From positions 1 through 64,000 of the forward strand of contig JAVHQC010000001.1 of the NCBI GenBank assembly GCA_036170915.1: DNA of 64,000 nt, given 5' to 3'. The notes below the pieces were generated by a model, which did no database searches, was not told where the DNA came from, and worked only from the letters and a program-made list of their open reading frames with translations. Below are positions 51,159 through 61,249 of the stretch, piece after piece. Every line of letters begins with the position of its first letter. Positions within the stretch are counted from its first letter, which is position 1. The stretch comes from Cyanobacteria bacterium auto_48_18. GTDB lineage: Bacteria > Cyanobacteriota > Vampirovibrionia > Obscuribacterales > Obscuribacteraceae. Position numbers and translations under genes: made by a program.

Positions 51159-52637
51159 ATGGACCTTCTTGGAAACGCCGGCATGTTGGCTAAAAATCTC
51201 ACGCCACTGCTGCTTGGTTTAACCATTTTCGTCTTTCTTTTTGACCTCTTGCGCGGGCGCACCTGGTCAACCCTTGAGCCCAACAAAGTATCTTCGCAAA
51301 TAAAGCCCCTGGCCATCACTGCCCTTAGTGGTGCCATGATGCTCTTTATTTGTTCGCTGACCGGTCTGGTTTTAGAAAATGTGGCACCATATTATCTAGG
51401 CGGCATGTTGATTACTTATGTGCTGGCAACTTTGGCGCTTAAGCCGGCCATGCGCATGATGTTGCAACTTGCTTGTGCTGTGGCTTTGACCATGTTTGTG
51501 CCCAGCGAAAATTTAGAGCTGGCCGCCGCCGCTTATTTATTTGGTGCTTTAGCTATTCGCCTGGTTTTGAATTTTCTCAAGCCTAAAGAATCGCGTCTTG
51601 ATGATATTGCTCCGCCTTTTGTCTACCTGGCAGGCGCCATGTTTGTGCGTTGCGGCGCCACCGGATCTGGCACCACTGCTCTGACGCAAATGGCCATGAT
51701 CAATAGCGCTTTTATTATTGCTACTTTGATGACGCTCATGCAAAGACCGTTTATGCGTGACGACAAAATCTTGGTCAAGCGGCTTGTGTTGACACTTTCA
51801 GCTGGCCTGGCCTACCTCGTTATGGTGACTAAAGCTGTAGGCGCACCTGAGTATGCACGCATGGCCGCACTGGTGGGTGTGGGTTATGGTATGGCTTACG
51901 CCCTTGACGCGCTGGCCATCAAAAAAGATTGTGCTACTGGCGCGGTCAAACAAATTTTGATCATCGGCATCTTTAGTTTGCTGGCCGCTAAACTTTACGG
52001 TAACCTCGGCCTTACTTGTCTGGCAGCCGGTTGTATGGTGGGAAATTTTAGTCAAATTCCCGCTGCCGCAGCTTTATATTTTGGTGCCAGGGTGTTAGAG
52101 CAAGTCTTTGCTTACACCAATGTATCTAACGTCACCGGCATTAACCTCAATCACCCTTCAGTCAGTGCCGCAGTTTATCTCGGATTGTTTTCCGCTCTTG
52201 GTCTATCGGCTCTGCTAAAAGATGTGAGCGACCGCCGCATACTGGCAGCAGCTGCTGCTATTGCCGCAGCTTTCGGCACCTGTGCCGTTAGCTATCTATT
52301 GCACAGCGAAGCGGCGGGCGGATATCTAATTAGCTTGATCATCTCAGGAGTGATGGTTTCAATCATCGGTCAAAGTTTCTTCCCTGAAGAAGAAGAAAAA
52401 GCTGTCAACCTGGCTATTGTGCCGGCTTTAGCTACATCGTGCGCTGTTGTTTCGGCTTCGCTTTTAGCAGCTGGTGTCAGTGCCACCATAGAGCAACGCT
52501 TCACCGTACTTGGGGTCATGGCTGGTGCCGCTGTGCTGGCGTTGGTGGCAGTCTATTTAAAGAATCGCGGCAGCCAGGCCAGTAACGATAAGACTAATGG
52601 CGACTCAGGGCAACCGGTAGTTGTCGCGGGAGACTAA
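51159..52637 (+). CDS. Polytopic membrane protein of unknown function
   Basis: About 490 aa, almost entirely hydrophobic helices; start moved to ATG 51159 to avoid overlap with the divergent gene. Confidence 0.8.
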   Translation: MDLLGNAGMLAKNLTPLLLGLTIFVFLFDLLRGRTWSTLEPNKVSSQIKPLAITALSGAMMLFICSLTGLVLENVAPYYLGGMLITYVLATLALKPAMRMMLQLACAVALTMFVPSENLELAAAAYLFGALAIRLVLNFLKPKESRLDDIAPPFVYLAGAMFVRCGATGSGTTALTQMAMINSAFIIATLMTLMQRPFMRDDKILVKRLVLTLSAGLAYLVMVTKAVGAPEYARMAALVGVGYGMAYALDALAIKKDCATGAVKQILIIGIFSLLAAKLYGNLGLTCLAAGCMVGNFSQIPAAAALYFGARVLEQVFAYTNVSNVTGINLNHPSVSAAVYLGLFSALGLSALLKDVSDRRILAAAAAIAAAFGTCAVSYLLHSEAAGGYLISLIISGVMVSIIGQSFFPEEEEKAVNLAIVPALATSCAVVSASLLAAGVSATIEQRFTVLGVMAGAAVLALVAVYLKNRGSQASNDKTNGDSGQPVVVAGD

Positions 52638-53375
52638 GTCAGACTGACCGGCTTTAGAAGAGCCGGCTTTAAAAGATTCAGCTTTAAAAGATTCGGCTTT
52701 AAAAGTGCCAGCTTTTGTCGACTGGTCTAAATAGACTTCGACCAATAAATTGCGGCCATCAAATGCCAGTTCGCGCCTCCGCAATTTTCGGCTCTGAGCT
52801 TCATTGTGCATCTGGTCGGTGCCGTAGATTGCCACCACTAAATTGTCTGGGCCACTAGATGTGGTGCAGCGAATTTGCACAGGCTGTTTGTAAGGGTTAG
52901 TCAGTTTCAGATCGGCCTGGCCATACCAGACGGTGGCATCGAGTCCAGGAGGCACTGAGCCAACACAGGTTGTGTGAGCCGCCCGTTCTTTGATCTTAAG
53001 ACCAGAGAGCAGGGCTGTCTGGTAGAGGCAAGAAGAAATTAGACAGATGCCACCACCAGCGCTGGCAACAGATTTACCGCTGACATAGCTTGGTGCGGGC
53101 ACAAAACCGCGACTGCCTGTGCGCGCGCCGACGCGGTTATTGAACGAAAAAGTCTGCCCAGGGTTAATGACGCATCCATCAAGAGACCTGGCGGCGGTGA
53201 TGAAATTGAGTCTTTGCTCACGTGAATAGTGGCTGAGCGAAACCGAGCGGTGAGCCAGTTCACTTTTAAATGGATGGTCAACCAGATAATAAGTTAGCAA
53301 AATCACTGGCAGCGTAAAAAGAGCCAGAGTCATCAGGGGGATTTTGTTTAAAATCGGCGTTTTGATCATATTCAT
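52605..53375 (-). CDS. VanW-family protein
   Basis: INPGQTFSFN..VGART..RGF..AP, GGGICLISSCLY, GLDATVWY..DLK..N. Confidence 0.92.
   Translation of the reverse strand: MNMIKTPILNKIPLMTLALFTLPVILLTYYLVDHPFKSELAHRSVSLSHYSREQRLNFITAARSLDGCVINPGQTFSFNNRVGARTGSRGFVPAPSYVSGKSVASAGGGICLISSCLYQTALLSGLKIKERAAHTTCVGSVPPGLDATVWYGQADLKLTNPYKQPVQIRCTTSSGPDNLVVAIYGTDQMHNEAQSRKLRRRELAFDGRNLLVEVYLDQSTKAGTFKAESFKAESFKAGSSKAGQSDLVSRDNYRLP
52651..52716 (-). repeat. 15-bp degenerate tandem repeat encoding KA(G/E)(S/T)(F/S) near the VanW C-terminus
   Basis: Units begin GCTTT at 52651, 52666, 52681, 52696 and 52711; protein KAGTFKAESFKAESFKAGSSKAG. Confidence 0.85.
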
Positions 53376-53399
53376 GACATTCTGGCCCTATTCACTAAC

Positions 53400-56300
53400 T
53401 TATTCAGTGACATTGAGTCTGTCCACGTTAGAGAATCCTTTGATGTTTTTGGTGTACATACCAGCCAACATAGCCGGATTCACATTGACGCGACCAGGCA
53501 ATTCCATACGCAAGAGAGTGGTGAATTCTGATTTGCCTTCTCTCAAGTTGGTTCCGAAATAAACAATCTTGTCGTCGAGCACATCCTGGTGCGTCCACCA
53601 TGGTCTGCCCCAGTCGCCATCGATAGTGGTAGAGGCTGTGTCTTCTTGTACGGCGTTAGCCTGGTCATGGCTTTCCACTACTTCAGCCCCGGAAGGCAAA
53701 GCGGCTTCAACGATTACATAAGGCAGTGCTCGTGGCGTATCTACCATTACTTTCATCAAAATCGTTTCACCGGCTTTGATTGAGCTGCCGTTTAGTGGTT
53801 CAGCCTTGAGCTTAATTACACCACTGCTGGTGTCGGCAATCGACCTGAGATGATAGAACTGGCGCTCTACTTTCATATCGTCAGGCAGGTTGGCCACACC
53901 GGTGGCTCCGGCATCTGTCAAAGTTTTGTAGTAGCTTGTAGTTACTGCCCAATACAATCTGCCTTCGCCTCCGCGTGTCAGTTTGAGATTTTCTTGGGCA
54001 ACCGGCAAGGTCATGGTCTTACCGGCAGTCAGTCTGTCGGCAGGAGTGAAAGTGAGATCACCGATGTTTTTACTTTCGCCACCACTAGCAGTAAGCAAAG
54101 CTGCCAGGGTGAAATCAGAAAGTTTGCCAGCGGTGGACAGCGAGGCTTCAGCATTAAGTTCGTCAGCCAGCAGTGCTTTGAAGACTTGAGCAGTAGCTTT
54201 GGTAGAGCCCCAGCCATGCCCACCCCGCTGCAATAGCAGCCAGGCTTTAACTCGCTCAATTTTGTTGCTGTCGTTAGGGCTTAACTCGAGCACCGCAGTC
54301 AGTGCCAGAGCCGTAGTCTCTTCAGGAGTGAAGCGGTACGAATAAACCCACTGTTTTTGACCGAGCTTGGCGGCCATAGCCTTGGTGTGGTCCCAGTCGA
54401 TAGTGGTATCAGTAGTATTGGCAATCACCATTAAGCGATTGAAAACACGCTGAGCAGCATCATCTTTGTGGGCCAGCTTAAGGGCACGACACAAGTAGCT
54501 CAATGCTTCCGGCCCAAGAACGCTTTGATTTTTCTCCAGGTACGCAACGGCAGCTTCATGCTCTTTTGGCAGCTTCTGTTGCCAGAGAGCCTGGGTGTAG
54601 ACCATATAAGCGAGATCGGTGCGACCCTCATTATCAAACCAGTCGTTGAGCATGTGTTTAGGATCGCTTAGTTGGCCGGTGAGACTTTTCACAGCATTGG
54701 TCTGCCATGAAAGACCTTTTTTCACCATCTCATCGCTAACCGGATAGCCCACACCTTTGACCAGTTTAAGACCATCCAAGACCAGGGCGGTCAAATAAGG
54801 ATTAGTCTGGTCGCCTGCCCACCAGCCCCATCCACCGTCAGATTGCTGATACTCATTGAGTTTGGCAATGCCGATTTTATAAACTTTGGCAAATTTGGTC
54901 TGGTCAGTGGCACTGAGTGGTGCACTGAGCTTTTTGTTCAATTCGATTGCCACTACAGACGGCATCAAGCGCGACATTGTCTGCTCAGTGCATCCGTAGG
55001 GGTAATCAATTAAATCGGCAAAATTGTTCAGTACCGCGCCGATTGTAGAAGACGACAGATTGAGCGAGCGGCTCGCAGTGCCCGCCGCAGCGTCGGTAAT
55101 GGCAGGAAGAGTGAGGTCGGCCACACTTTCATCTTTGAGCAAACCTGATTGAACAACGGTGACAGGAATACCGAGAGCGTTCACCGCTATTTCTCTTTCT
55201 AATGCGTCAGCAGCTGTCTGACCTTTTGCCACCAGTTTAATTTTGGCTTTACCGAGTTGCTTAGCGCTAATGGGCCAGTCAAAGCGAGCAGCTTTTTCAG
55301 GTTCGATGGTGAGCATCTGTTTCAGTGGTGTTTCAGTGCTCAGCTGGTCACCCATGGTCAAGTTGAGGTCAACTTTTTGTGACTGATTAGTGTAGTTGTG
55401 CACCACTGCCGACACCATACCCTGGTCGCCCAGGCTGAAGAAGCGGGGCAGTGCCAATCTGGCAATAATGTCTTGAGTGACCATTACTTTTTCGATGGTG
55501 GCGCCCACATTAGTTTTCATATCGATACCGCGCAAAGTGGCACGCCAGGTGGTGAGGTTATCTGGCAATTTGACAATTGCTTTGGCCTCGCCTTTTTCAT
55601 TGGTGAGCAGTTCAGGCACCCATGCGGCGGTATCGCGGAAGTCTTTTCTCACTTTGGGCTCTAACTTGTCTGGGCCGCCGGAATATTGTTCAGGGAATGA
55701 ACATACGGTGGTGACCCAGTTAGGCAGCCGCTGGTAGAAGAATTTTTTGATGTCTGCGGCGGTTTCAGCGCGAATAGAATAAATGCTTTCGTCTACCACA
55801 CCAAGCGAAAGTTCAACGTCTTTCACCGGTTTACCCAGCTGATTAACAGCCTTGATGGTATAGGTAGCATTCTCGCCCGGTTTATATTTTTCTTTGTCAG
55901 AAGCAATGGTCAAGTTGAGGAAATGGCTCTCTGGGCTGACCATCACCACTTGTTCTTGATTGTAGAACTGTTTATTTTTCGCCACCAGTGAAACGGTAAC
56001 GTAGAAGTTCGGTGTGTAAGCATCTGTCACTGGAATTTCTATCAACTGCGCAGCAGAAGTTAGAGGCACGGTTTTAAAGCTGTGCAATTTGGTGCCTTCG
56101 ATGCTGACAATGGCTTCCGCTCCATCAGTGCCGGTGAATGGACCGGTAATAATGAGCTTAGCTTTGTCGCCTGGTTTATAAACACGCTTGTCGAGTTTTA
56201 GTTTAAGCGGTTCTTTTTTTGCGTCTGAGGCCGCCAGCATAAATGGCCTGCTTCCACTGGCCACCCATATAGAGCTCGCATCTTGCACTTTGTGGCCGCC

Positions 56301-58448
56301 TTTATCTACGGCTTGAGCAATGATGTAATAGCTGTCTGAAGCCCATTTAGACTTTGTCTCTAAATCAAGATGCACGTCACCTTTTTCATTGGTGGTGGCA
56401 GTTTTTTCTTCAAGGGTTTCGGCGGGGCGATATTCATATTTAAAGCGGTCATAGGGATACCGCATCAATTTCACAGAAAGCGCTGTGCTGACAGGTTTTC
56501 CTTGATAGTCGACGGCCTTAATATCGACGCCCATGGTCTGGCCTGTGGTGACAACATAATTTGTTGGTGTCACTGCTAGCAAAAAGTCGCCGGCGGTTTC
56601 AGTGAGCGAGCCGCTGCCCACAACCGATAGCCTGCTGATGTCAGTGACTTCAGCTTCGACTTTGAGTTTTTTGTCGGCGTATTCGCTGCCGGGAGGGCCA
56701 GCAGTAACTCCTGGAGCTGTGGTGTCAAATTCTACAATCGCTTCGCCATTAGCATCGGTAACGGCGAAACCTTCCGCGCTGAAATCACCGGCGCCTTCAT
56801 AATAGTCGGCGTCATACCAGTCGTCGAAGAAGCTAAAGTATTCTGGTCTATCGGTTAAACGCCAGCGTGTATTCCAGTCGGTTGATGAATAGACGTTATA
56901 TTTCACTCTGGCATTGGCCACAGGCCCGCCGAAGAAATAAGTGGCTCGTACTCTGGCTTTGCCTTTCTCGCCAGCAATGACGCGCTCGGTAATGGGCAAT
57001 ACTTCGACTTGATATTCGGGTTTGCGATATTGCGCAATTTCAAAGCCTTGATAGCTGGTGGTGCCATCAGCATATTTGACTTGCACCTGATAGCCGCCGG
57101 TTTTGCCATCGGCCGGTACTTCAACCAGGCCATGGAAAGTGCCATGAGCATTGGTTTTTACTTTGAAACTCTTGAGCTGATTATTGTCTGGATCTTCAAT
57201 TGAAATATCTAGTTCTTCATTGGCACCAGGATTGTTGATACCATTTTCATCAACTGCACGGCACATGCCTTTGAAATAAACTGTCTGCCCGAGGCGGTAA
57301 ACAGGTCTGTCGGTATAGAAATAAGTTTTGTGCGTGTCGCTGTCAGAGCGATAATAGCTAAAGCCGCTATATGCCTTGTTTGCGCCCATGGTGCCAAGTA
57401 GCACCAGATCATAGCTGAGGCGATCGCGAACATCTTTTGCCAGCACCAAACTGGCCATGCCATCAGCACCGGTTGTGGCATTGATTTTGCTATTAAGATC
57501 TATTTCTCCGTTGCTTCTTTGATAAATATTGAGATCAACGCCGGGCATTCCTTTTAGTGTATTTAAATTGACTGCCTTCACGAGCGTTTTATCTGGTGCG
57601 TGCTTGATGATTAAGCCCACGTCGCTGATTGAAAACCAGGTGAGAGCTTTAGCTGTGCTGCGACCAAACATATCTGTGACGCGGGCTACGGCAAAATAAT
57701 CACCTGCCGGCAGTGGTCCATCCATTTTGAATTGAGCTGAAGACGAATCACTGTCGTCCATGGTCAAGTCGCGTTTAAAGCTGTGTACAGGCTTGTCGTG
57801 TTCAAATGGGCTGACAAATTTTTTCGACGAATCAACATAAATGCTGAAGTCTGATGAAAGCGACATGCCGGTTGTTTTTGACTGTTTCATCAAGCTAAGA
57901 AAATCTTTTTTGTAGATTTTCACATCAGCGCTAACTGCACCAGTGGCGTTGATCCAAAAATGTGGTGCCTCTTTGGTGGTGAAAACTCTGGTGTTGGATG
58001 CGATGTTGACGGTGGGATTGAGCAAAGACAATTCCACTGTTTTGGGAAGAGTCTGAGGTGGCCCCTGGGCCACGAATAAATTGTTGACGATGGCGGTAGA
58101 AAATCCGGGAGCACGGGCGCGCAAACTATATTCGCCCACCGGCAATTGTTCAATTTTAAAAGTGCCGTCTTTGTTCACCCAGGCGCCTCTTTCCACTGAT
58201 GGACCTGAGCGCGGGCCGTTGACAAGTACAAAAACTTTATTCTGTTTCAGATCGTAAGTCTTGAGGTTAAAGCCTTTTTCTTCGAGAGCAATTTGCCCTG
58301 AAATCGAGCCCATAGGTTTGTCGAGCATCACAGCCGCCATGGCCAAAATCACTACCTGCAAACCGACAAATATCCAGGTGGCCAGCGGTGTGCGCCTGCC
58401 CTGGTTCTGCGATGAGAATTGCAAAGACCTGATTTCACCTGAAGACAT
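53400..58448 (-). CDS. Bacterial alpha-2-macroglobulin
   Basis: 1682 aa; YTDRPVYRLGQ, YRKPEY, VRKDFRDTAAW, LPDNLTTWR, YPYGCTEQ thioester motif (CTEQ ~54981-54992), DGGWGWW; N-terminal TM anchor. Confidence 0.95.
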   Translation of the reverse strand: MSSGEIRSLQFSSQNQGRRTPLATWIFVGLQVVILAMAAVMLDKPMGSISGQIALEEKGFNLKTYDLKQNKVFVLVNGPRSGPSVERGAWVNKDGTFKIEQLPVGEYSLRARAPGFSTAIVNNLFVAQGPPQTLPKTVELSLLNPTVNIASNTRVFTTKEAPHFWINATGAVSADVKIYKKDFLSLMKQSKTTGMSLSSDFSIYVDSSKKFVSPFEHDKPVHSFKRDLTMDDSDSSSAQFKMDGPLPAGDYFAVARVTDMFGRSTAKALTWFSISDVGLIIKHAPDKTLVKAVNLNTLKGMPGVDLNIYQRSNGEIDLNSKINATTGADGMASLVLAKDVRDRLSYDLVLLGTMGANKAYSGFSYYRSDSDTHKTYFYTDRPVYRLGQTVYFKGMCRAVDENGINNPGANEELDISIEDPDNNQLKSFKVKTNAHGTFHGLVEVPADGKTGGYQVQVKYADGTTSYQGFEIAQYRKPEYQVEVLPITERVIAGEKGKARVRATYFFGGPVANARVKYNVYSSTDWNTRWRLTDRPEYFSFFDDWYDADYYEGAGDFSAEGFAVTDANGEAIVEFDTTAPGVTAGPPGSEYADKKLKVEAEVTDISRLSVVGSGSLTETAGDFLLAVTPTNYVVTTGQTMGVDIKAVDYQGKPVSTALSVKLMRYPYDRFKYEYRPAETLEEKTATTNEKGDVHLDLETKSKWASDSYYIIAQAVDKGGHKVQDASSIWVASGSRPFMLAASDAKKEPLKLKLDKRVYKPGDKAKLIITGPFTGTDGAEAIVSIEGTKLHSFKTVPLTSAAQLIEIPVTDAYTPNFYVTVSLVAKNKQFYNQEQVVMVSPESHFLNLTIASDKEKYKPGENATYTIKAVNQLGKPVKDVELSLGVVDESIYSIRAETAADIKKFFYQRLPNWVTTVCSFPEQYSGGPDKLEPKVRKDFRDTAAWVPELLTNEKGEAKAIVKLPDNLTTWRATLRGIDMKTNVGATIEKVMVTQDIIARLALPRFFSLGDQGMVSAVVHNYTNQSQKVDLNLTMGDQLSTETPLKQMLTIEPEKAARFDWPISAKQLGKAKIKLVAKGQTAADALEREIAVNALGIPVTVVQSGLLKDESVADLTLPAITDAAAGTASRSLNLSSSTIGAVLNNFADLIDYPYGCTEQTMSRLMPSVVAIELNKKLSAPLSATDQTKFAKVYKIGIAKLNEYQQSDGGWGWWAGDQTNPYLTALVLDGLKLVKGVGYPVSDEMVKKGLSWQTNAVKSLTGQLSDPKHMLNDWFDNEGRTDLAYMVYTQALWQQKLPKEHEAAVAYLEKNQSVLGPEALSYLCRALKLAHKDDAAQRVFNRLMVIANTTDTTIDWDHTKAMAAKLGQKQWVYSYRFTPEETTALALTAVLELSPNDSNKIERVKAWLLLQRGGHGWGSTKATAQVFKALLADELNAEASLSTAGKLSDFTLAALLTASGGESKNIGDLTFTPADRLTAGKTMTLPVAQENLKLTRGGEGRLYWAVTTSYYKTLTDAGATGVANLPDDMKVERQFYHLRSIADTSSGVIKLKAEPLNGSSIKAGETILMKVMVDTPRALPYVIVEAALPSGAEVVESHDQANAVQEDTASTTIDGDWGRPWWTHQDVLDDKIVYFGTNLREGKSEFTTLLRMELPGRVNVNPAMLAGMYTKNIKGFSNVDRLNVTE

Positions 58449-59031
58449 GGGCTTTTATCCTATACATCTGGCACTGTTCAGTTGGGGTTATACCAGCTTT
58501 GACTTTGCACTGCATCACTTGATAATGGGCGTCGCTGGCCTCGCCAGGTAGCAGCACCGCAGCCTTTCCGCCACTTCTGACCATGAGCCCGTCGAGCATG
58601 GGGTGCAAACTGACGTTGCGCTCCACTGGTTCTATTTGGTCAATGACGGTCACCTGCGTTTTCAACTCGGGTAATTCTTGTTTCTTAATTGGTGGGAATC
58701 GATACTCTTTGGTTAACGCGTTCTCAGTAGTAAAAATGGTGGCCGCCACCAAATTTCTTTCAGTGCCGCTAATCTGCCCCCAACAGGCGCGGGTTTTGCC
58801 ATGTTTGCTCAGTGTCACGAACAATCCTTTTGAATGCATATAAGAAGGATGGATATTTTTGCTCATAGCCTCCACAAGATTGCTCATACTTTTAGGATGG
58901 TCGCTGAAGTGATTGGCTACGGTGGTTTTTGCCACTTCCACCAGGGTGAGCGTTTTTTCGCTTTTCCCCAGCGCCGCAGCATTGAGACCCGCTGCCAGAG
59001 TAAGCGTCAATAAAAAAAGGCGTTGATGCAC
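58435..59031 (-). CDS. AMMECR1-domain protein with signal peptide
   Basis: GLFVTL..HGKTRACWG, YRFPPI...EL, DGLMV..G...AVLLP; N-terminal LFLLTLTLAAGLNAAALG; overlaps the A2M start by 14 bp. Confidence 0.85.
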   Translation of the reverse strand: MHQRLFLLTLTLAAGLNAAALGKSEKTLTLVEVAKTTVANHFSDHPKSMSNLVEAMSKNIHPSYMHSKGLFVTLSKHGKTRACWGQISGTERNLVAATIFTTENALTKEYRFPPIKKQELPELKTQVTVIDQIEPVERNVSLHPMLDGLMVRSGGKAAVLLPGEASDAHYQVMQCKVKAGITPTEQCQMYRIKAHVFR

Positions 59032-59179
59032 GCGTACCAGACCTCGTGAGGTGTACCGCTTTCTTATACTTCACCTATTATCGACCGTTGCTTCCAAATC
59101 GTCGCCCATGATGTGTCAGAATTGCATGAGCTAGAGGTCAAATGGTTGTCAACTGCGTGTAAGTTGAGACTGAAAAATC

Positions 59180-60094
59180 ATGCCTGATATTGATAGACGT
59201 GGATTCATTCGCTCGCTGTTTGGTATTACCGGCGCGCTGCCGGTCGCCCAGCAAATGGCACACGCTCGCACCCAGGTTTCGTTTTTCTGGTGCAATCTAA
59301 ACAACGGTCAGGTAGGCTTTCCTACTGGTTTAGTAGTTCCAAAAGAACGCCCGGGCTCAATCATGAAGCTCGTTGCCGCCGCGGCCTTGATTGACGAAGG
59401 TTTGTACTCTGGCAATGAAAAATATGAATGCACAGGCACATATACAGTGGGAAAAGAAGCGGTGCATTGTCAAAATGCCCACGGGAGAATTGATTTAACC
59501 CAGGCGATTGGAAAATCTTGCAATATATTTTTCGCTCAGGCGACCAAACATTTAACTGCTCGTGGTTTTTTAGATAAGGCCAAGCAGTTTGCTCTCGATA
59601 AACCTTGTGCAGGTACGCCTTCTGGAGCATTTCCGGCTGAACCAACGCAGACGGCTTCGCTGCATTACGTGCTGGGCCTGGCACCAGATTTAACACCATC
59701 AGCATTGCAGTTGATGCGCCTGGCTGCTCTTGTTGGTATCGCCCCTGGTGCCACGCTTGCCCCTTTGCACTCGGCTGAAAATTTAGATATGAAAGCAAAA
59801 GAACCGCTTTTTACCTCACCACTTACGGCGCAGTCGCATAAAGTTCTGGCAGAGGGCATGCGCCTTTCGGCTACATCTGGAACAGCAAAGAAAATAGATG
59901 TGGACGACAAGCTCAAGGTGGCAGCTAAGACCGGCACCACCCCACATGGTAATAAATTTCAATCTTATGTAGTTGGTTATTTTCCTTACGATAAACCAGC
60001 TCACGCATTTGTGCTTTTCGCGCCTTCAGGCACTTCGCAAGATTCAGCGGTGCCTAAAGCGCGAGATTTTCTTATGTCGACTACCTGGCCTTAG
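59180..60094 (+). CDS. Stand-alone penicillin-binding transpeptidase domain with Tat signal
   Basis: DRRGFI twin-arginine signal ending AHA; PGSIMK (SxxK), SCN (SxN), KTGT. Confidence 0.88.
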   Translation: MPDIDRRGFIRSLFGITGALPVAQQMAHARTQVSFFWCNLNNGQVGFPTGLVVPKERPGSIMKLVAAAALIDEGLYSGNEKYECTGTYTVGKEAVHCQNAHGRIDLTQAIGKSCNIFFAQATKHLTARGFLDKAKQFALDKPCAGTPSGAFPAEPTQTASLHYVLGLAPDLTPSALQLMRLAALVGIAPGATLAPLHSAENLDMKAKEPLFTSPLTAQSHKVLAEGMRLSATSGTAKKIDVDDKLKVAAKTGTTPHGNKFQSYVVGYFPYDKPAHAFVLFAPSGTSQDSAVPKARDFLMSTTWP

Positions 60095-60098
60095 TTTC

Positions 60099-61232
60099 GT
60101 GGAAGTATGGCGTTCTAGCAGATGGCCTTGTTTAGCTTTTCTTTTTGTGGCAATCACCTTGCGTTCGCCTGCCGCTGAAGCCTTGCCTGCTGAAGTGCAT
60201 GTTAATTTATTTCAGGCTAATCACGAGCTCTCTAGACTAGCTATTGACGGACCTCACAGTTTTGACTCTGTACACGGAAACCATAGCGAGCTTTTTGTCA
60301 ACCGAAACAGCGTGGCATCAAAAGACCGGCAGGGCTTGCGCGTCTATGGCGGTCGCTGCGTGATTCGCCCAGATGGTGGGCCTCTGCTTTTATCTGACGG
60401 CAACAAAAAACGACATTATCGTGGACGCTTTGTTATCACAGTTGATCGCGGTAAATTGCGCGTGGTCAATATTGTGGACAGCAAGTCTTATATTACCAGT
60501 GTTGTTGGTAGTGAGAGCCTGCCTGATTTTCCACTAGAAGCGTTGAAGGCGCAGGCAGTTTTAGCTTCTACTGTTCTGGCAAAACATGCTGGTGTTGTTG
60601 GTGATACCACAGAAATTCAAGCTTACCTTGGCAGCGAGTACGAGCGCCCTCTGGCAAAACAAGCAACCGATGCGGTGTTTGGCCAAGAACTCAAGAACAA
60701 GAGCGGATTTACTGCCACCGTCTATTATTCGTCGACATGCGCTGGTGGTACTAGCGATGCTCGCGAGATATTTTCTGGAAAGAAGCAAAAAGATGCCAGG
60801 GTAAATCAGGTTACCTGTAATTTCTGCAAAAGTTCACCTTTTTTCAAAAGCCATGAGGTTACTTTGCCTGTGGCTACCGTAAAAGAAAAATTGGGCTATT
60901 TGCCCATTTCTATTGAAAGTTATGATGCGCAGAAGCGCCCACTGCAAGTTAAAGTGCAACGCGCTGACGGACGCAGTTTTCAAATTTCTGGCTACGACGT
61001 CTGGCTGCGAATTGGCCAAAGGCTTGGATGGGATGTCGCACCTGGCATGCGATATAACTTTGCAATCGACAAGCAAAATCAAAATTTTGTTTTGCGCTCA
61101 ACCGGCGCCGGTCACGGAGCAGGTCTTTGCCAGTGGGGTGCTGCAGCAATGGCCCTGAGCGGAAAAACCTACAGAGAAATCCTGAAGTATTATTTCCCTG
61201 ATTGTAGTTGTACGTTAGCGACCGATAAATGA
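60099..61232 (+). CDS. SpoIID/LytB-family lytic transglycosylase
   Basis: YITSVVGSE, PLEALKAQAV, YSSTCAG, GAGHGAGLCQWGA, YREILKYYFP; start set at GTG 60099. Confidence 0.92.
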   Translation: MEVWRSSRWPCLAFLFVAITLRSPAAEALPAEVHVNLFQANHELSRLAIDGPHSFDSVHGNHSELFVNRNSVASKDRQGLRVYGGRCVIRPDGGPLLLSDGNKKRHYRGRFVITVDRGKLRVVNIVDSKSYITSVVGSESLPDFPLEALKAQAVLASTVLAKHAGVVGDTTEIQAYLGSEYERPLAKQATDAVFGQELKNKSGFTATVYYSSTCAGGTSDAREIFSGKKQKDARVNQVTCNFCKSSPFFKSHEVTLPVATVKEKLGYLPISIESYDAQKRPLQVKVQRADGRSFQISGYDVWLRIGQRLGWDVAPGMRYNFAIDKQNQNFVLRSTGAGHGAGLCQWGAAAMALSGKTYREILKYYFPDCSCTLATDK

Positions 61233-61249
61233 GCTGGCCTAATCTGCAA

